Shown one piece after another: positions 36,929 through 49,829 of a stretch of 64,000 nt of DNA. A program made the position numbers and the translations under genes. Each line of letters begins with the position of its first letter. Within the stretch, counting starts at the first letter, position 1. Below the pieces are notes generated by a model. That model was not told where the DNA came from, searched no databases, and saw only the letters and a program-made list of their open reading frames with translations. This DNA comes from Penicillus capitatus. Its lineage: Eukaryota > Plantae > Chlorophyta. The stretch covers positions 426,292 through 490,291 of the forward strand of contig OZ287707.1 of NCBI GenBank assembly GCA_965649825.1. The letters are read 5' to 3'.

Positions 36929-37697
36929 GGGGTGGGCACCCCTAAGAGTTCTTAATCACTCTGTAGCGTTCCAAAGACCTCTGTACAAAGTCAGAGGACG
37001 TCTGTGTGCAAAGTTGCGTCATCATCGAAACATCACTGATGCTGAAGTACCAGATAGTGGATAAGAAAGATAGAGGACACAAAGATAATGATGACAATCA
37101 GTTCAAACTCGATACCGCGCAGGTAACGTGCAATGTGTCGAAAGGAAAAGGATGTTCGGCGCATCGCATGATCATCAATCGCAGCGTTAACGAAAGATAG
37201 GACGTTTCTGACCGACGAAAACGGAATGCATCTAGTCGTCCGTGTTACAGCGTCGAGTTCATGGACGCAAAATTGGTTTGTCTAAAGTTCGTTTAATTTG
37301 TTCTGACTGTTATCGACTGTTTTAAGCACCTTGCGCTATTTTGAGGAAAAACTTCTTTATTGTGCTATTGCCCTTTCATCTTAACGAACTCTCCTACCTC
37401 TGTGTCACTCCAACAGAAACGAGTCCGACTGCGAAAGTGTCTCAGACTGTAGAACGCACACCAGAAAGGATACAGTATCTCTGACCTTTTGAAATATGAC
37501 AGATATAAGGTCGTCGCTTTAGCCTTCGACGATCAAACTACATCACCATCGTACATTCTGTTCTGGATGGGCGGTTTGAATAATGCACAGACGAACGTCC
37601 TTTCAGAATGCTGGTTCATCTGACGCCGCGTCGACGACGTCCAATCGTTTGTTTTTAGGCTTTTCGGACGGTTTCTCCCCCGGACAGAAGTTCGCCG

Positions 37698-39375
37698 ATG
37701 GCTCGCTCTAGTGGAAAACGACTTTGGCGATGCCGAGCCTTCGCGATTCTTATCCTTGTGCTGACATGCTTGGCCCTTCTGATTACTTGGAAGCAGTTGC
37801 CCGATGAAGGCAACTTCAACAACGGGCTCCAATCAGCAGGAAAACAGTGGCTTACTGCAAGAGGCAACAACTACTTTGACATTCGTCGACCGGTAGAAAA
37901 GGTCTCCGTTCAGCAAGTGACGCTTGTCCATGCTGAACGGAGTTATCCAGAAGAGAATGGAACTGCTTTGGATGATTCAAGAAACACATCGTCCTCTCTA
38001 TCTCCCTCATCTCTGGCCGCGTCAAAATCTATCTTCCCTACTGTGCCTCGTGCAGTGTCTTCTCCACATTTGGCTAAACCGACCAAGCCTAGTTCCGCGA
38101 CAAAGGAGTTAGCCGATCGAAAGGCTCTTATCGAATCATCCAAAAAGGTATAGAAGACGGTTCTGACTTGATTGACAGTCTGCTGCTCAGGCGCTTCTGG
38201 GATTGAATGATTGTCCACACTGCAGCAGTACGGGCGAAGATAAGCTCTCAGATGTAAGCTTTCGAGAGAAGTTCGGGGGTCTGGAGGTGGGCCGTCAACA
38301 ATGCCTGCGAGACATCAGGGATCAGATCGTCGAGGACTTTCGTCCTCTGTTCACCAATGTCGAACGCATTATCCTTATGGATGTTGCCCTGCACACGAAC
38401 ATGGGGGACAGTGTTCTCTGGAGAGCTGCTATACATCTCGCCTCTCTCTATGGACATTCCATCAATCACGTCTGCGCTGCCTCTCAAGCAGCCAATGACC
38501 TCTATGGAACAATGTCTCAATTCCCGCACTGCGATCTGGCCAACATAATAAACCTGGTGAAGGATAACGGTCTGGTTCTCTATCACGCTGGAGGCAACTG
38601 GGGAAATCTCTATCGGTTCGTTCAGAAATACCGCATGAAAGCTCTTCAAGTCTTTAGCTACAATTCTGAAAAGCCTGGATACAACTTTAAAGTCGCCCAG
38701 CTTCCACAGACCATATACTACAAGAATGAAGATGACGTGTCGGTGGATGTAGACGACTACTTAATGCACAGTCTGCATCCCAACCTCTTCACGCTCTTCA
38801 CCAGACAGGCGGACAGTTTTGAATTCGCCGAGAGGCACTACGGTTCGAATATCAATAAGGTGTCAACGGCGGACGTGGCCTTCGTTCTGGGAGATCTGTT
38901 GCCGATCGGCGAACCAGAGGTCGACATCCTGGTCCTGATTCGAACGGATGGCGAGCTTCCCGCTGAGGACAAGGCAGAGAAAGAGCTCACGAAGCGGTTG
39001 TTGAAACGATCGAACGTCACCTTTGCCTATCAGGACTGGCATCATCGTCCGAACTACACCGAGTTCTCCACAGCCAATCCGACAATCCTCTCAGAGGTCC
39101 GGCTGAACGAAGCCGTCAAGATCATCTCCAAGGGCCGCGTGGTGATCACGAATCGAATGCACGGAAGTGTACTAGCGACACTGATCGGGAGAACGCTCCT
39201 CTGGGTGGACACAACGGAGAAGAAACTGGCCGGTGTGCGTCAGATGGCTTTCAACATGTCTTCCCACTGCACCGACGAGAATCTGCGGTCCTTTGAGTTT
39301 CCAACGATGCTGGATGCTGCACAGGCTGCTGTGGAATACCTCTCAGTCCGTCCGAGCATTGAGTCCTTCACATGA
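37698..39375 (+). CDS. Polysaccharide pyruvyltransferase family, type II membrane protein (Pvg1-like)
   Basis: N-terminal TM and S/P-rich stem; intron 38148-38190; HTNMGDSVLW, GGNWGNLY, QLPQTIYY, TRQADSF, TADVAF, VVITNRMHGSVLA. Confidence 0.85.
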
Positions 39376-39769
39376 CATCTCACCGGAGTCTCTTTGCCAC
39401 TGTTCTCTTCAGAATGTTGTGATCGTTATTCAACTGTCCACCTGAGTTGTTATGTTCAGAAGTGTCACAATTTCTTAAATCCGGCATTTTGAGATCGTAA
39501 GGATTGCCACCCGCATTGAGAAGAGGTCTTTCTGGCATGTCGGACAGTTGGAACAATAGGATCATTAGATGTAAACAGTGGTTGACTGGTATCGGCAACA
39601 ATGGATGCTCTTAAAAACACCCACCCGTACAGAACGCCACTTTTGCATTCCACATGATAAAACGTAGAAGAATGCTTTAGAGCGCCCTCTTTAATATCAA
39701 AAAATAGCGCATCGCAAAAAGAGCGACGCTTGATGGGAATGGAGTGATCTTGTCCTAACCTAGTATTCT

Positions 39770-42277
39770 TTAAACACAGTCGTGTCTAGCATTGCTCATA
39801 CACAAAGAAAAGCGAGCAAAGCGGACACCGACAAAAGCATAGGGGTAAGAGCATTGATAAAAGTTCCGCAATCTGCCTGCAAGCCTGGGATGTGTTGCCC
39901 AAGATGCTCCTTTTACGACGTGATGTTTCCCATCGAAAAAATCTACTGTATATCCGGGATAGAGCTTTGATTGGACAAAGCCAGGATGCTCTTCTAACAG
40001 AGTGGACGTCCACTCCCACAGCGACCCAAAGATGTGCACTTCATCATCCGATAACTCCAGAGGACACCAGTTCTGAAAACCAATGTTGAAACTGTTGGAA
40101 TCTTGTTCCGTTGCCCTCTGCTGTGCATAGAAGCAGAGAAGCTCGTCTTCAGTCGGAATATGGATACTGGTATCTTTCTGCTGCACCTGTAGGTGGTGCA
40201 AATAAGCCGTTGCTTGGTGGTAGTTCAGTGCCACTGGCCAGTTCATGCATTGCGTCACAGGCAGAATGCCAAACACTGTCTTAACTCCATACATTTCAGA
40301 CGCATCGACTTTGGCAAAGGATGCAGGAACGAGATCTGGCGAGAAAGAAGGAAGCGACTTCATGAAGCAGAGATATTCAAGATTAGTGACTGGTCGATGC
40401 TGGATCTGGAAAGGACGAACGGATGATGTACGTAGTGGGGATTCATTGTCCCAGCCAAAAACGGTAGGCACATCATCACGCACATAATCCAACTCTTCTC
40501 CGTTGTTCACACCAACCATGACTTCACCGCCTGTGATCGGAAGCCATCTGGGATCTTTGAGTGGATTGGGAATCGCTGTGAAATCTGGCTTCTGAACTGG
40601 AATGACAATCTTGCGGCTCTGCACCAGCATGTGCAGAAACGTCTCCGTGTGCATCAACTCATGTTCGAAGATCATGTGGAGCACACGGCTGAGACGCCTA
40701 GGAGAGACAGCAATATCTTTGCGGTCGATGGAATCATAGACGCCAACGAGGCGCTTTCTCACACGGTGAGTGTAATCTTGAATCTCTTCTAACGGTGGCC
40801 ACACTTCAGGCACTACGGAATGGGCATGACAGATGGTCGGGTTTTCTACATCTGGATCAATGCCTCTGTCAAAGATCGTCTCGTAGTATTGCGGCTCTGT
40901 GCGCTGTTCACCGAGGCAGTTGGACAACAGCATATCGCAAAAGGCCGGAAGATGTCCTTTGTAAAAAATCATTGGATGACGGAGATCGATTGGCTTCTCC
41001 ATGTAATCCTTGATCACATCCGAGGAGGAAATTCTGTCCCATTGCGCCCAGATCCACTTCCAATCTTCAATCGAGGGTATGCCAGACTGCGCAAGAGATC
41101 TCGGAATCGTAATCGGCTTTTTGAAAAGCGCAAGTGCATAGAGGTTTTCCGAATCAGTCCACGACTCCTTCAGCGACATACCAGACGACGTTCCCAGATT
41201 CTCTATTTCTTCAAATGAAAACTTATAAGACACTTCGTAACGAATCAGTTCGTTCTTGGTTAAGGATACAGATTCACAAAGTCCATCGGAATGTGTAGAA
41301 GGAATAGGAATCACTTGGTTTTCTAAAGAGCGATAGTAAGCTTCGTGTCTACCTTCCTCGACATTGTACCCGGCAAAGTATTCGAATCTGTCCAGTGGGA
41401 AGGTTTCCGCCGCCAAGAGTTCGTTCAGGTGGTTCAAACCATTGAGGCCAAAGGCTGATGATATACCATACGGATCATTGTATGCCAAAGCAACACGAGA
41501 TGGGGCATTTCTCTTGTCAATCCCAACGAGAAAGAGATCACCACTGTTCATGACTTCCACAAAACTACGGAGAAATGACGCTGCTGCTTTTCTTGACGGG
41601 CAGTTTCCGATAGAGCTACCCAGCCAGAGAAACACGCGTGGGCTCTTGATCTGTTTCAGGATCGATGCAATCGCCTGGTCATAGCTTCCCAAGATCCCAG
41701 CATATTTGATGGCGTGTTCAGCCGGCACGTTCTTCTTCTCTTCCTTTTCCATCAGCGAAGCCAGACTCGCTTTCAAGAAGGATTCTTCAATATCCAAGGC
41801 GTAGAACGAAATTCCCCGTTTTCCTGAAGACTGCAAATGATCCAAAATGACAGACGTTTTCGTCATGCTTCCACAACCGAGTTCAATGATCGAAGCGTTG
41901 TCGGGGATATGACTGACAATCTCCGTTTGATTGTGGAGAATGTCTCTTTCGCACGCCGTCAGGTAGTAAATGCCATCTAACTGAGTAATCCTATCAAACA
42001 GCTCCAGGCCTTTGGCATCGTAAAGGATCTCGCATGGCAACTGGCGCAACTGCGCAGGCAGACGTCTAAGGCGTGTTGAACCATCGGGTTGTGTGAGTTC
42101 GACATCGAGAGGCTCGTCGGTTTCGTCTGGAGAGATGAACTTTTCGAAAAGCTTTCCGGGTGATGTGCAACTTAAGTGCTTCGCGCGTGCGTCATACACC
42201 AGAGGGAATTCTTGAATGACGGCGGCGCGCGGCATTGTGTCGCTTTGCGCGGAAAACGTAACGACGCGAGGCTCCAT
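39770..42277 (-). CDS. egt1: Ergothioneine biosynthesis fusion: EgtD histidine methyltransferase plus EgtB-type sulfoxide synthase (DinB_2 and FGE-sulfatase domains), intronless, 835 aa
   Basis: IELGCGSMTKT, FLWLGSSIGN, AYNDPYG, RHEAYY; PIDLRHPMIFYKGHLPAF, RGIDPDV, EHELMHTETF (Hx3HxE iron site), GWDNESP, WEWTST, YPGYTVDFFDGKHHVVKGASWAT. Confidence 0.93.
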   Translation of the reverse strand: MEPRVVTFSAQSDTMPRAAVIQEFPLVYDARAKHLSCTSPGKLFEKFISPDETDEPLDVELTQPDGSTRLRRLPAQLRQLPCEILYDAKGLELFDRITQLDGIYYLTACERDILHNQTEIVSHIPDNASIIELGCGSMTKTSVILDHLQSSGKRGISFYALDIEESFLKASLASLMEKEEKKNVPAEHAIKYAGILGSYDQAIASILKQIKSPRVFLWLGSSIGNCPSRKAAASFLRSFVEVMNSGDLFLVGIDKRNAPSRVALAYNDPYGISSAFGLNGLNHLNELLAAETFPLDRFEYFAGYNVEEGRHEAYYRSLENQVIPIPSTHSDGLCESVSLTKNELIRYEVSYKFSFEEIENLGTSSGMSLKESWTDSENLYALALFKKPITIPRSLAQSGIPSIEDWKWIWAQWDRISSSDVIKDYMEKPIDLRHPMIFYKGHLPAFCDMLLSNCLGEQRTEPQYYETIFDRGIDPDVENPTICHAHSVVPEVWPPLEEIQDYTHRVRKRLVGVYDSIDRKDIAVSPRRLSRVLHMIFEHELMHTETFLHMLVQSRKIVIPVQKPDFTAIPNPLKDPRWLPITGGEVMVGVNNGEELDYVRDDVPTVFGWDNESPLRTSSVRPFQIQHRPVTNLEYLCFMKSLPSFSPDLVPASFAKVDASEMYGVKTVFGILPVTQCMNWPVALNYHQATAYLHHLQVQQKDTSIHIPTEDELLCFYAQQRATEQDSNSFNIGFQNWCPLELSDDEVHIFGSLWEWTSTLLEEHPGFVQSKLYPGYTVDFFDGKHHVVKGASWATHPRLAGRLRNFYQCSYPYAFVGVRFARFSLCMSNARHDCV

Positions 42278-42458
42278 ACCTCAACAAACGCGAAAAACCT
42301 CAAAGAAACGCGTACTCCATCTACAAACCTTGTCGATTCGTTTTTAAAGGGATACGGTGAGATCTCAAATAATGGGTCACTATCTCGATACCCATACGTA
42401 ATGATTCCATTCTGTTACGACATTACGTCGGCAACGTGTCCTTCGAGTTGATACATCC

Positions 42459-43452
42459 AATGAGCTTCTTAGCAGGTCGAAAAGCGGTTTTGTGTGCCTC
42501 GTTGACGTCGTTGCGTTGTGTAGGGGGTATCAAAGACCTTCAAGATGACCCGCCAGCTACTACACGGTAAGAACAGTCTGTTCGAGTAGAGGAATAGGGC
42601 TGAATCGTGTGAACGGTGTCTGAAAAGAAGGGCACCGCGACCGAAACCGACAGCAAAAGTGACGGGGGGACATGACGGTGCTGCGACGGCGCTTTCAAAA
42701 GCACAGACGCCAAAGGGACTTGGATTTAATCCATTGAAACCCACGGAACGCCAAATCGCTCCTCAAGAACCAGCAACTTCCACGAGCGAGCCACCCCAGG
42801 AGAGTTCGGCAACAAAACAAGACACAGATGCATTGGTGGCCAATATCACAGCACTCTTTTCTGAATTGGGAGGTAGAGTCTCGACTGAATAGGAAGGGTT
42901 TTTGAGATGTTTATCCATGAAGCTTCGACATCACAGGAGGAGGAAAATCCAGAAACAAATGATGTGACGGAGAGTCTACTGCATGCACTGAATCATGCCG
43001 TTGACGAAGGAGATGCAGACATTGACCTCAATGACGACATGAATCCCGAACTCGTCGGGAAAGTTTTGGCAGAGAATGTCATGAAGCAGATTCTTATGAA
43101 GAGCACGCTCTATGAACCTCTGAAAGTGGATAACCGTCTTCGCGGCAATGGAATCTCACACATGTGTGACTAGGATCTAAAAGAGAACTACGTTTTGTGG
43201 CTGAGCTCCGATGCCGCCGACAGTATTACGGCTGAAGAGCGACAGAGACATGAAGATCTGATTGCCAGTCTCGAAGAACTCATTCACGTCTACGACACAG
43301 ACCCCGATAACATGCCACGCATCATGGCCCTCTTTGCCAAATCCCAGAGTTTGGGATCACCACCCGAAGCAGTTTATGAATCTCTGACGGATTATGACGC
43401 CTCAAATGGCGACGACCCGAACAAAGAAATTCCTCAATGCTTTCAACAGTAA
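42459..43452 (+). CDS. PEX19: Peroxin 19, multi-exon (start approximate)
   Basis: MKQILMKSTLYEPLK, YVLWLSS...RHEDLIASLEELIHVYD, QSLGSPPE, and a CaaX-type terminus CFQQ-stop. Confidence 0.88.
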
Positions 43453-43881
43453 TTGGACCTTTCAAAGCATACGTCACATCGCCCTTCTATGTGGCTTCTC
43501 TTCGCGAAACGACAGCAAACGACATAATCGAGTCGACATTGACCGTAGATGAAGGCAGCGTTGTCTATTGGCATGGTCTCTCTATCCATATGTTGTCCCT
43601 TTATCGATTGTGATGCGAAGATTGTTTCTTAACTGTAACCGTTTTGGTCCATACGACGTCTCCCACCGTTGAGTGCACGGATAGGTCGAAATTACGTCCC
43701 TTTGTGCTCAAGTCTCAGCCCTGTCTGTTTTAGGTCAGCAATAGAGAACCCTCAGATTCGTGTGCTGGCGACAGAACCCTTTCTTTCCGCAGGGAATTTA
43801 GTCAAAGCGGTAATATTGAGACCCACTGCCTCAGGCCTGTTGCTAGTGACCTCATCTCTTCATTACCAGACGAGCAAGGGT

Positions 43882-44717
43882 ATGAGTGCAAAGGATATGG
43901 ATTCCGGGGAGATCACACTTGGAGGGTCCGAAGAAATCTCTTTTAACCGCAGCCACAACGACGCGCCACAGATGGAGTCGATAAATGGCGCCAAAACTAC
44001 GATGATCAAAAACAACAGTCAACTTCCCACGAACAGTACAAGTGTGGACGATACGCCGTGAGACTTTTTTTGTTTGGCAGTGGACTTCATAGAAACCTCG
44101 AGTATCATCAGCTGCGCTTCGAATCCGACAACCATAGCTTGGCAGTGGTTATTGGTTTTCTTGTAAAGCGCCCCTGTTCCTTGATTCTATGGCGATGAGT
44201 TGTCTTTTCTTGTTGTGGTAGAATTGTAGGCGTGCTCATCTGTTTGTTGCTGACATGGATTGCATGTAGGATGACTTTCAGGAAAGGAAATACCAATGAC
44301 CAAAGTGCGTCCCATGATTGCCGATGTCTCATCGGGTCGATGACATCGTGGTCGATGTGTTTAGGAAATCAAACAACAACAACAACAACAAATCCATCGG
44401 CTCCCCAATCTGGGCCTGCATTTGAACAACGACTACAGGCTCCTCAATCAGAGCCCGTGCAACCATCACAACAAGCGCGACCACCCGAACACATCGTTCA
44501 GGGGTTGGTGGATCCGAATCGACGAGGACGTCAACAACACCGACAACAGCAACTGGACTCCCTGGAACATTTTTCTCAGGACATTCAAAACTATCGAAAA
44601 CAAATGCTCAAACGTGCCGAGAGCTACGGTTACACGCCAATTACAAAAAGTGAGGAAGATCGTACGAGGAAACCTGCGGTGAGGGATGACTCTGTCGTAC
44701 TGGAATTGACACCATGA
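43882..44717 (+). CDS. Hypothetical small membrane protein (exon structure unresolved)
   Basis: ORFs 43882-44061 and 44232-44717 with a donor at ~44058, one hydrophobic segment and a Q/T-rich tail; no family recognised. Confidence 0.35.
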
Positions 44718-44860
44718 CCATCAACAAAGCACTATGATTATGGGCTAAATGTTCTTCCGAGAATAAAAACGGAAAATGTGACAGTCACGTAGAACGGATG
44801 ATCGATCGTGTTTAGCAACTTCAGCACGTCTTTTGATTTTTTCAGGCTTTGGTTGTCTTT

Positions 44861-45523
44861 TCAACTGTCCTTTTGCAAGTATTGCATCTGTAATAAAAAC
44901 GAATATTCATCCAGAACTTCTCCATAGCATTCCTCCAGCGTTTTATTGGCCATGGCATAGTATTTATCCAATGTGTGATTTTCATTTTTTTCATTTTTGA
45001 TACAAGGATACGGAGGAGGAGATGCTAACCAGTGACCCTCTTGAAACATGTGATGTCGATCAGAAGCAAAGCCTCTCAAATAACCAGCAGCTGGCACCAC
45101 TCGATACATCCTGTCACATCACACACCCTTTCCGACAGATCTCCAGATCTGTGTGCATGTGCATAACCGTGGAGAGGAGGAGAGCATTGGGTTGTGACCT
45201 GGACGTAAAGCTCGGCGAATGTAAAGGTGCAAGTTGGATGGACACGGCAGAGATGTGTCCAGGTCCCAGAGAAGTGCTGCAGAGGGTTGGACAAGGAAGA
45301 CATGGTAGTCCCAGATCACCAGGCCATCCGTTCGGTTCGATGACGATTGATGCCAAAACGGAACTCGCTTTTCGGCGTTTGACACAAAAATGACCTGCAA
45401 TTCCCCTACAGGAATCTGTTCTTTTCTATGGAGAGTTTTGATCAAATGGTAGATATTCTCTTCGCAATAGCAAGGTGTGTACTGACCCTCTTGTTTAAGT
45501 TCCTCGCGAGAAATATGTATCAT
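44861..45523 (-). CDS. NTAQ1: Protein N-terminal glutamine amidohydrolase
   Basis: YTPCYCEENIY, VIWDYHVF, WDLDTSLP, FASDRHHM...PPPYPCI. Confidence 0.93.
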
Positions 45524-45558
45524 CTGTCACATCACAACGTCGAGCCATATCTTGACAC

Positions 45559-46338
45559 ATGCAGTTACGTGCACGTTATCTGCAATGCCACCGTGGACGC
45601 CTGGTCGTTTCGCGTCGATGGCGAAATGCCGTTGCGCCCAAAAGGCAAAGGCAATGCGGAAATGCCGATTTCGTTCAGAATTGCGTGTTCTTGCGGAAGG
45701 AAAAACGACACTTTGTTCACTCAGTGATGGCCTCCGCTTCGGGATCAGAAATAGACGTCACATCATTAAAGCAAACTCCTGTTCTTGATAGAATCCAATT
45801 CGGATCTGTGTCGAGGGTAATCTCTGCCACCTGATGCACTATGATCACCTCTGCTGTGACCAGATCTTCACACCAGATGAATTAGAGACCGTGCTGCAGA
45901 CTTTTTCAGAACAGCTGGTCGTGTTGAAATGTAAAGCAAAGTACTGCCGACCCTGCATGGTCTATCCGTGCCTGTTGCTGTGATCTTATCGATGAACGGC
46001 CCTCTGCTTCGACAGGCATTTGCTAAGAAATACCATCGACTTGCAGAAGACTTTCAAGATGTCTTGTTTCTGGAGATCGTTGGAGACGAGAACCGAGATA
46101 CGAGGGTTTGCAATGTCCAATCACACATCTCTTGAGTGAAAAACGGACGTTGTAGATGATGATGATCGATTTTGGCGTCAAAGCAACGCCAACCTTTCGC
46201 TACTATATACATGAAAAATGTGTCGAGACGACTGTCGGCATCAAACAAGAGAAAGTCAGAGGAGCTATCCTCGACTGGCGGCCACAAGATAGACTCCCAG
46301 ACGAGATTGAGCAGAAGACATCGCATGACATTACATGA
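45559..46338 (+). CDS. Thioredoxin-like protein with R-rich transit-peptide-like N-terminus, active site YCRPC
   Basis: Four exons: ...QLVVLKCKAKYCRPCMAFAKKYHRLAEDFQDVLFLEI...FGVKATPTFRYY; TGA at 46338. Confidence 0.85.
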
Positions 46339-46392
46339 GGACAGATACTGGACAATGGGCGACAGATACTGTTCCTGCAGATGGAAATTCTG

Positions 46393-49300
46393 TCAGACGG
46401 CGGCGGCGGCGTCTGTCTGAGTTCCGGCATCTTTCTGGAGAATCGGCTTTGATTCGTGTTGCTCTTTCAGTTGCTGTATTTTTTCTTCTGTTTTCTTAAA
46501 TCCAAGTTGCAAAGCGCGAAAATCTGCCACTAACTTCTCTTTGTCAATTCCTTGCGGACAACGATCTCTGTCTTTCATGTGAATGTCGCTTCGCATCTGT
46601 CGCATGGCTGCAGCACACTCAATGCTATGAAACGCAGGAGATTGTCATCTGCAAACCGTGTAGGGCGATCTCGTAGTCCGATCTCAATTGGCGCACCGCC
46701 TGTTGCAGAAAAGGTATCCCCTCCATATCACTGGCCAAGGACGAACGCTGCAAATCACATGCAGTCGGGTGATGCGTGATCAGCTTGCTAGCGACCTTAT
46801 GAGTGGATGGAGAGTGTAGTGATCGATCCAATCTCTCTTTCAGTTGCTCGACCTCTTTTTTGTTCTGCACATGTGCGTCTTCGAGTCTCTGGATATGGAT
46901 GATCATCTCCTCCATCTTGGATTGATCAGATTGGCAACAGGTGAGGGACTCTGTGAGTTGTTGGTTCTCATCTTCGACGGCAATGGATTGCTGTTGAAGG
47001 ATGCGAAATCGGTTTTCCAAATCAGCATAGTTCCATTCGTGCTGCTGAAGATGTTTTCGAAGCTGCTCCTTTTCTTTTGTTGCCGACTCGATTTGTCTTT
47101 TCAAATCTTCGCACTGCCTGTCCACTTCATCTCCTCTCTGGATCTCCATCTTCATATCGGCTATCTCTCTCGTCAGTCCTTCGATCAACTGCTCAGTGGC
47201 ACCGTCTTTCTCTGTCTGCAGATCCAAATGTGCATGCTTGTTTGCAGAGATGGAGCGAATGACCTGAGTGGACTTCTCTGAAGTGGTTGGACATTGTACC
47301 AGCTGCATTGTACGAATTTTGGCACAGGCTTCTTCGTGATGGGCCATAAGTTGCTCATGGTTTCCTTGGCATTGTCTCAATTGAGAGTCTGTTGTGAGAA
47401 TCTGTTTCTGAAGCTTGCAGATCTCTTTGCATCGTTCCCTGTCTCGATGCGCCATGCGCACTACGACCTTGTGTTCTTTACTGAGTTGGGAACCAAGATT
47501 AGCGAGTCTGGTGTCCAAAGTCTGCGCCTGGTGGCAAAAAATGTCTCCCTTTTATTAAGAAAGAAGTTTCCAAGAATCTCGCCTCGAATGACAATCGCGA
47601 AGAAGATTTGTTGAGATCGGCCTTCTTCCTGGAAACGGATGCTATTGCTGTGTCTATTGTCTCCACGTGTCTTTTCAAGGGCGCCCTCGCAAAATCGTGC
47701 ATTCTCTTGGCGAACAGGACTTGTCTGTCTTTCAGCATCTGCGACTCTTTCTCCACTTCGATGTATCTTTTTTCAATCGAACTAAGTTTGCTGCTCAGCT
47801 CGATGTTAAAAGATCTCAAGCATTTGTTTTCCTCGGTCATCTATAAACGCACACATACCACAAGAATGCTTCTGACACAATGCACATGAGCCCGATGTCC
47901 TCACTTCTTGAAGTGAAGTTTGGGAGAGACTCCATTCGCTTTTTAGTCGAGAGCGTTCTTTTGAGTTGACGACAAGCAATGAATGCACTTTTTGCAGAGA
48001 ACAGGTCACGTGCACAAGAACTCCTTGCATGTGTCCCAACTGTGTGTCTCCCCTCTGCAGAGCTCCCTTCAGATCGTCTCTTTCAGACAAGGTGCACTTG
48101 CCATCTCTCTAGGAAAGGAACCAGTTCTACACTGAGACATCAAGGTGATAATCCAGCACCTGCAATTGATCCATTTCCTTACGACACAGATAAAGATCCT
48201 GCTTTGTGTCGGACAGCAGACTCTGCAGATCGTTTTCTGACTTTTTTGCTGCCTGTAAAGAATCTTGCAGACGATCTCTTTCTTCAGTGATCTGAGTATT
48301 TAAATATAGATAGATGCTCCGAGGCGTTTTTACGGCAATGCTATTATGACCTGTTTCATTCTCTTCTGATAATCGCATGTGACAGCTTTCTCATCTTCCC
48401 ATCTCTTTTGCAGGTTTCTTATATTCTCCTCGTGAGATGCTTCCAAATCATTCAATCGTTGCTCCGCCTTCATCCTTCTTGTTCGTTCGTCCTGGACCTC
48501 TTGCAGCAGTCCAGAGATCTTCTGCGACGATTCTAACTGCTCGTCCTGATGACGCTGTTCACAAGCATGCTTCTCTGCCTCCAACTGAGAAAAAGATCTC
48601 GCTCAGATCAAGAAGACTCGTATGGACCTTGTCAATCTCTTGTTTCCAGAACAGCTCAGATGTGAAAGTCTGAATTCCTTTGCCATTCACTGTCCACACT
48701 GTCTTGCCAAATGGAGCAATGAAACGCACGTAGGAGCCCTGATCTCCAAGACAACTCAGGACATCCAAACTCATGGCATCCAAGACGTAGATGTGACGAT
48801 CCAAAGATCCAGTCCATAGCTAATCACAGCAATGCACTGTCAGGAGCAATACAGCACTGCAGAGCTGGTTGCCTGGGAAAAGATGGCAGTCATTGCCAGA
48901 ACCTGCCCCTGATGAATGCGTCTTCTCTGAACGATCTCCATTTCTCGGATCTTGATGACTTCACCGTTCTCTGTCCCGCAGAGCAGTTGGCCGCTTTGAT
49001 GGATCATCACACGGACACCTGCAGATCTCATCGATTCGCAGAACGATGGGTTTCGGGGTTTTGAAGCACTTCGATTCTTTGCTGTCTTGACGAGATCGTG
49101 TACGAATAGCGGTTTCTCTGCAACGGGTTCCCCTCCATCTCCCAGGGTCGAAGCACAAAGCAGTCCATCGGCTGCGGTTGTCCACAGTTTCCCGTGCGCG
49201 ACCAACAAACAGTACAGAGCGCCATGATGATGCGTCAGAACTGCTTGTAGATCTCCTCCATGACTCCATGCCTTGACCTATAACACGACCCGACATCTCC

Positions 49301-49800
49301 GCCGTATCAAACACTATGCAAAGGGTCCATGCTTGAAAATCGACGCCGCCAGTGAACACAGCAATTTCCCCATGTCCTTCTATCATGCACTGCACCTCTC
49401 CTTTGTGTCCACGAATCGCCTAGCCATCCAGTACAGTGTCCGTCATCTTTGGACAATGGACGGGCTGATGTTACTGCTCTTTGAGGAAACCAGGTCTGCA
49501 TATCGAACAGCATGATGGATCCATTTCCAAGCCCTGTCCACAGTGTTCCTCGAATAATGGCCATTGTATGCACCACTGCCTTCAATGCCGCATTCCCAAT
49601 CACACACTGACGCTTCCTGCTCTATCCCATTTCGCCTTCTCGCATTGAGCGGTCAAGATTTCTCGCCTCCCAATCTCTGTCGTCGTCCATTGATGGATAC
49701 CCGAACGATTTGATGCGAAGACATGCGTCTGGTCAGCGATCGTTGCCCTCAAATTCGCGACAGATGCGTCATGTACATGTGCCGCTGGGGACACGTCCAT
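46393..49800 (-). CDS. Beta-propeller (WD40-like) N-terminus plus long coiled coil, multi-exon
   Basis: Propeller-like exons (LWTGLGNGSIM, LLCGTENGEVI, VWTVNGKGIQ) followed by >500 aa of heptad-rich ORFs; ATG at 49800. Confidence 0.7.
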
Positions 49801-49829
49801 CGAGCTGTCGATGATCAGACGTTTCAGAA

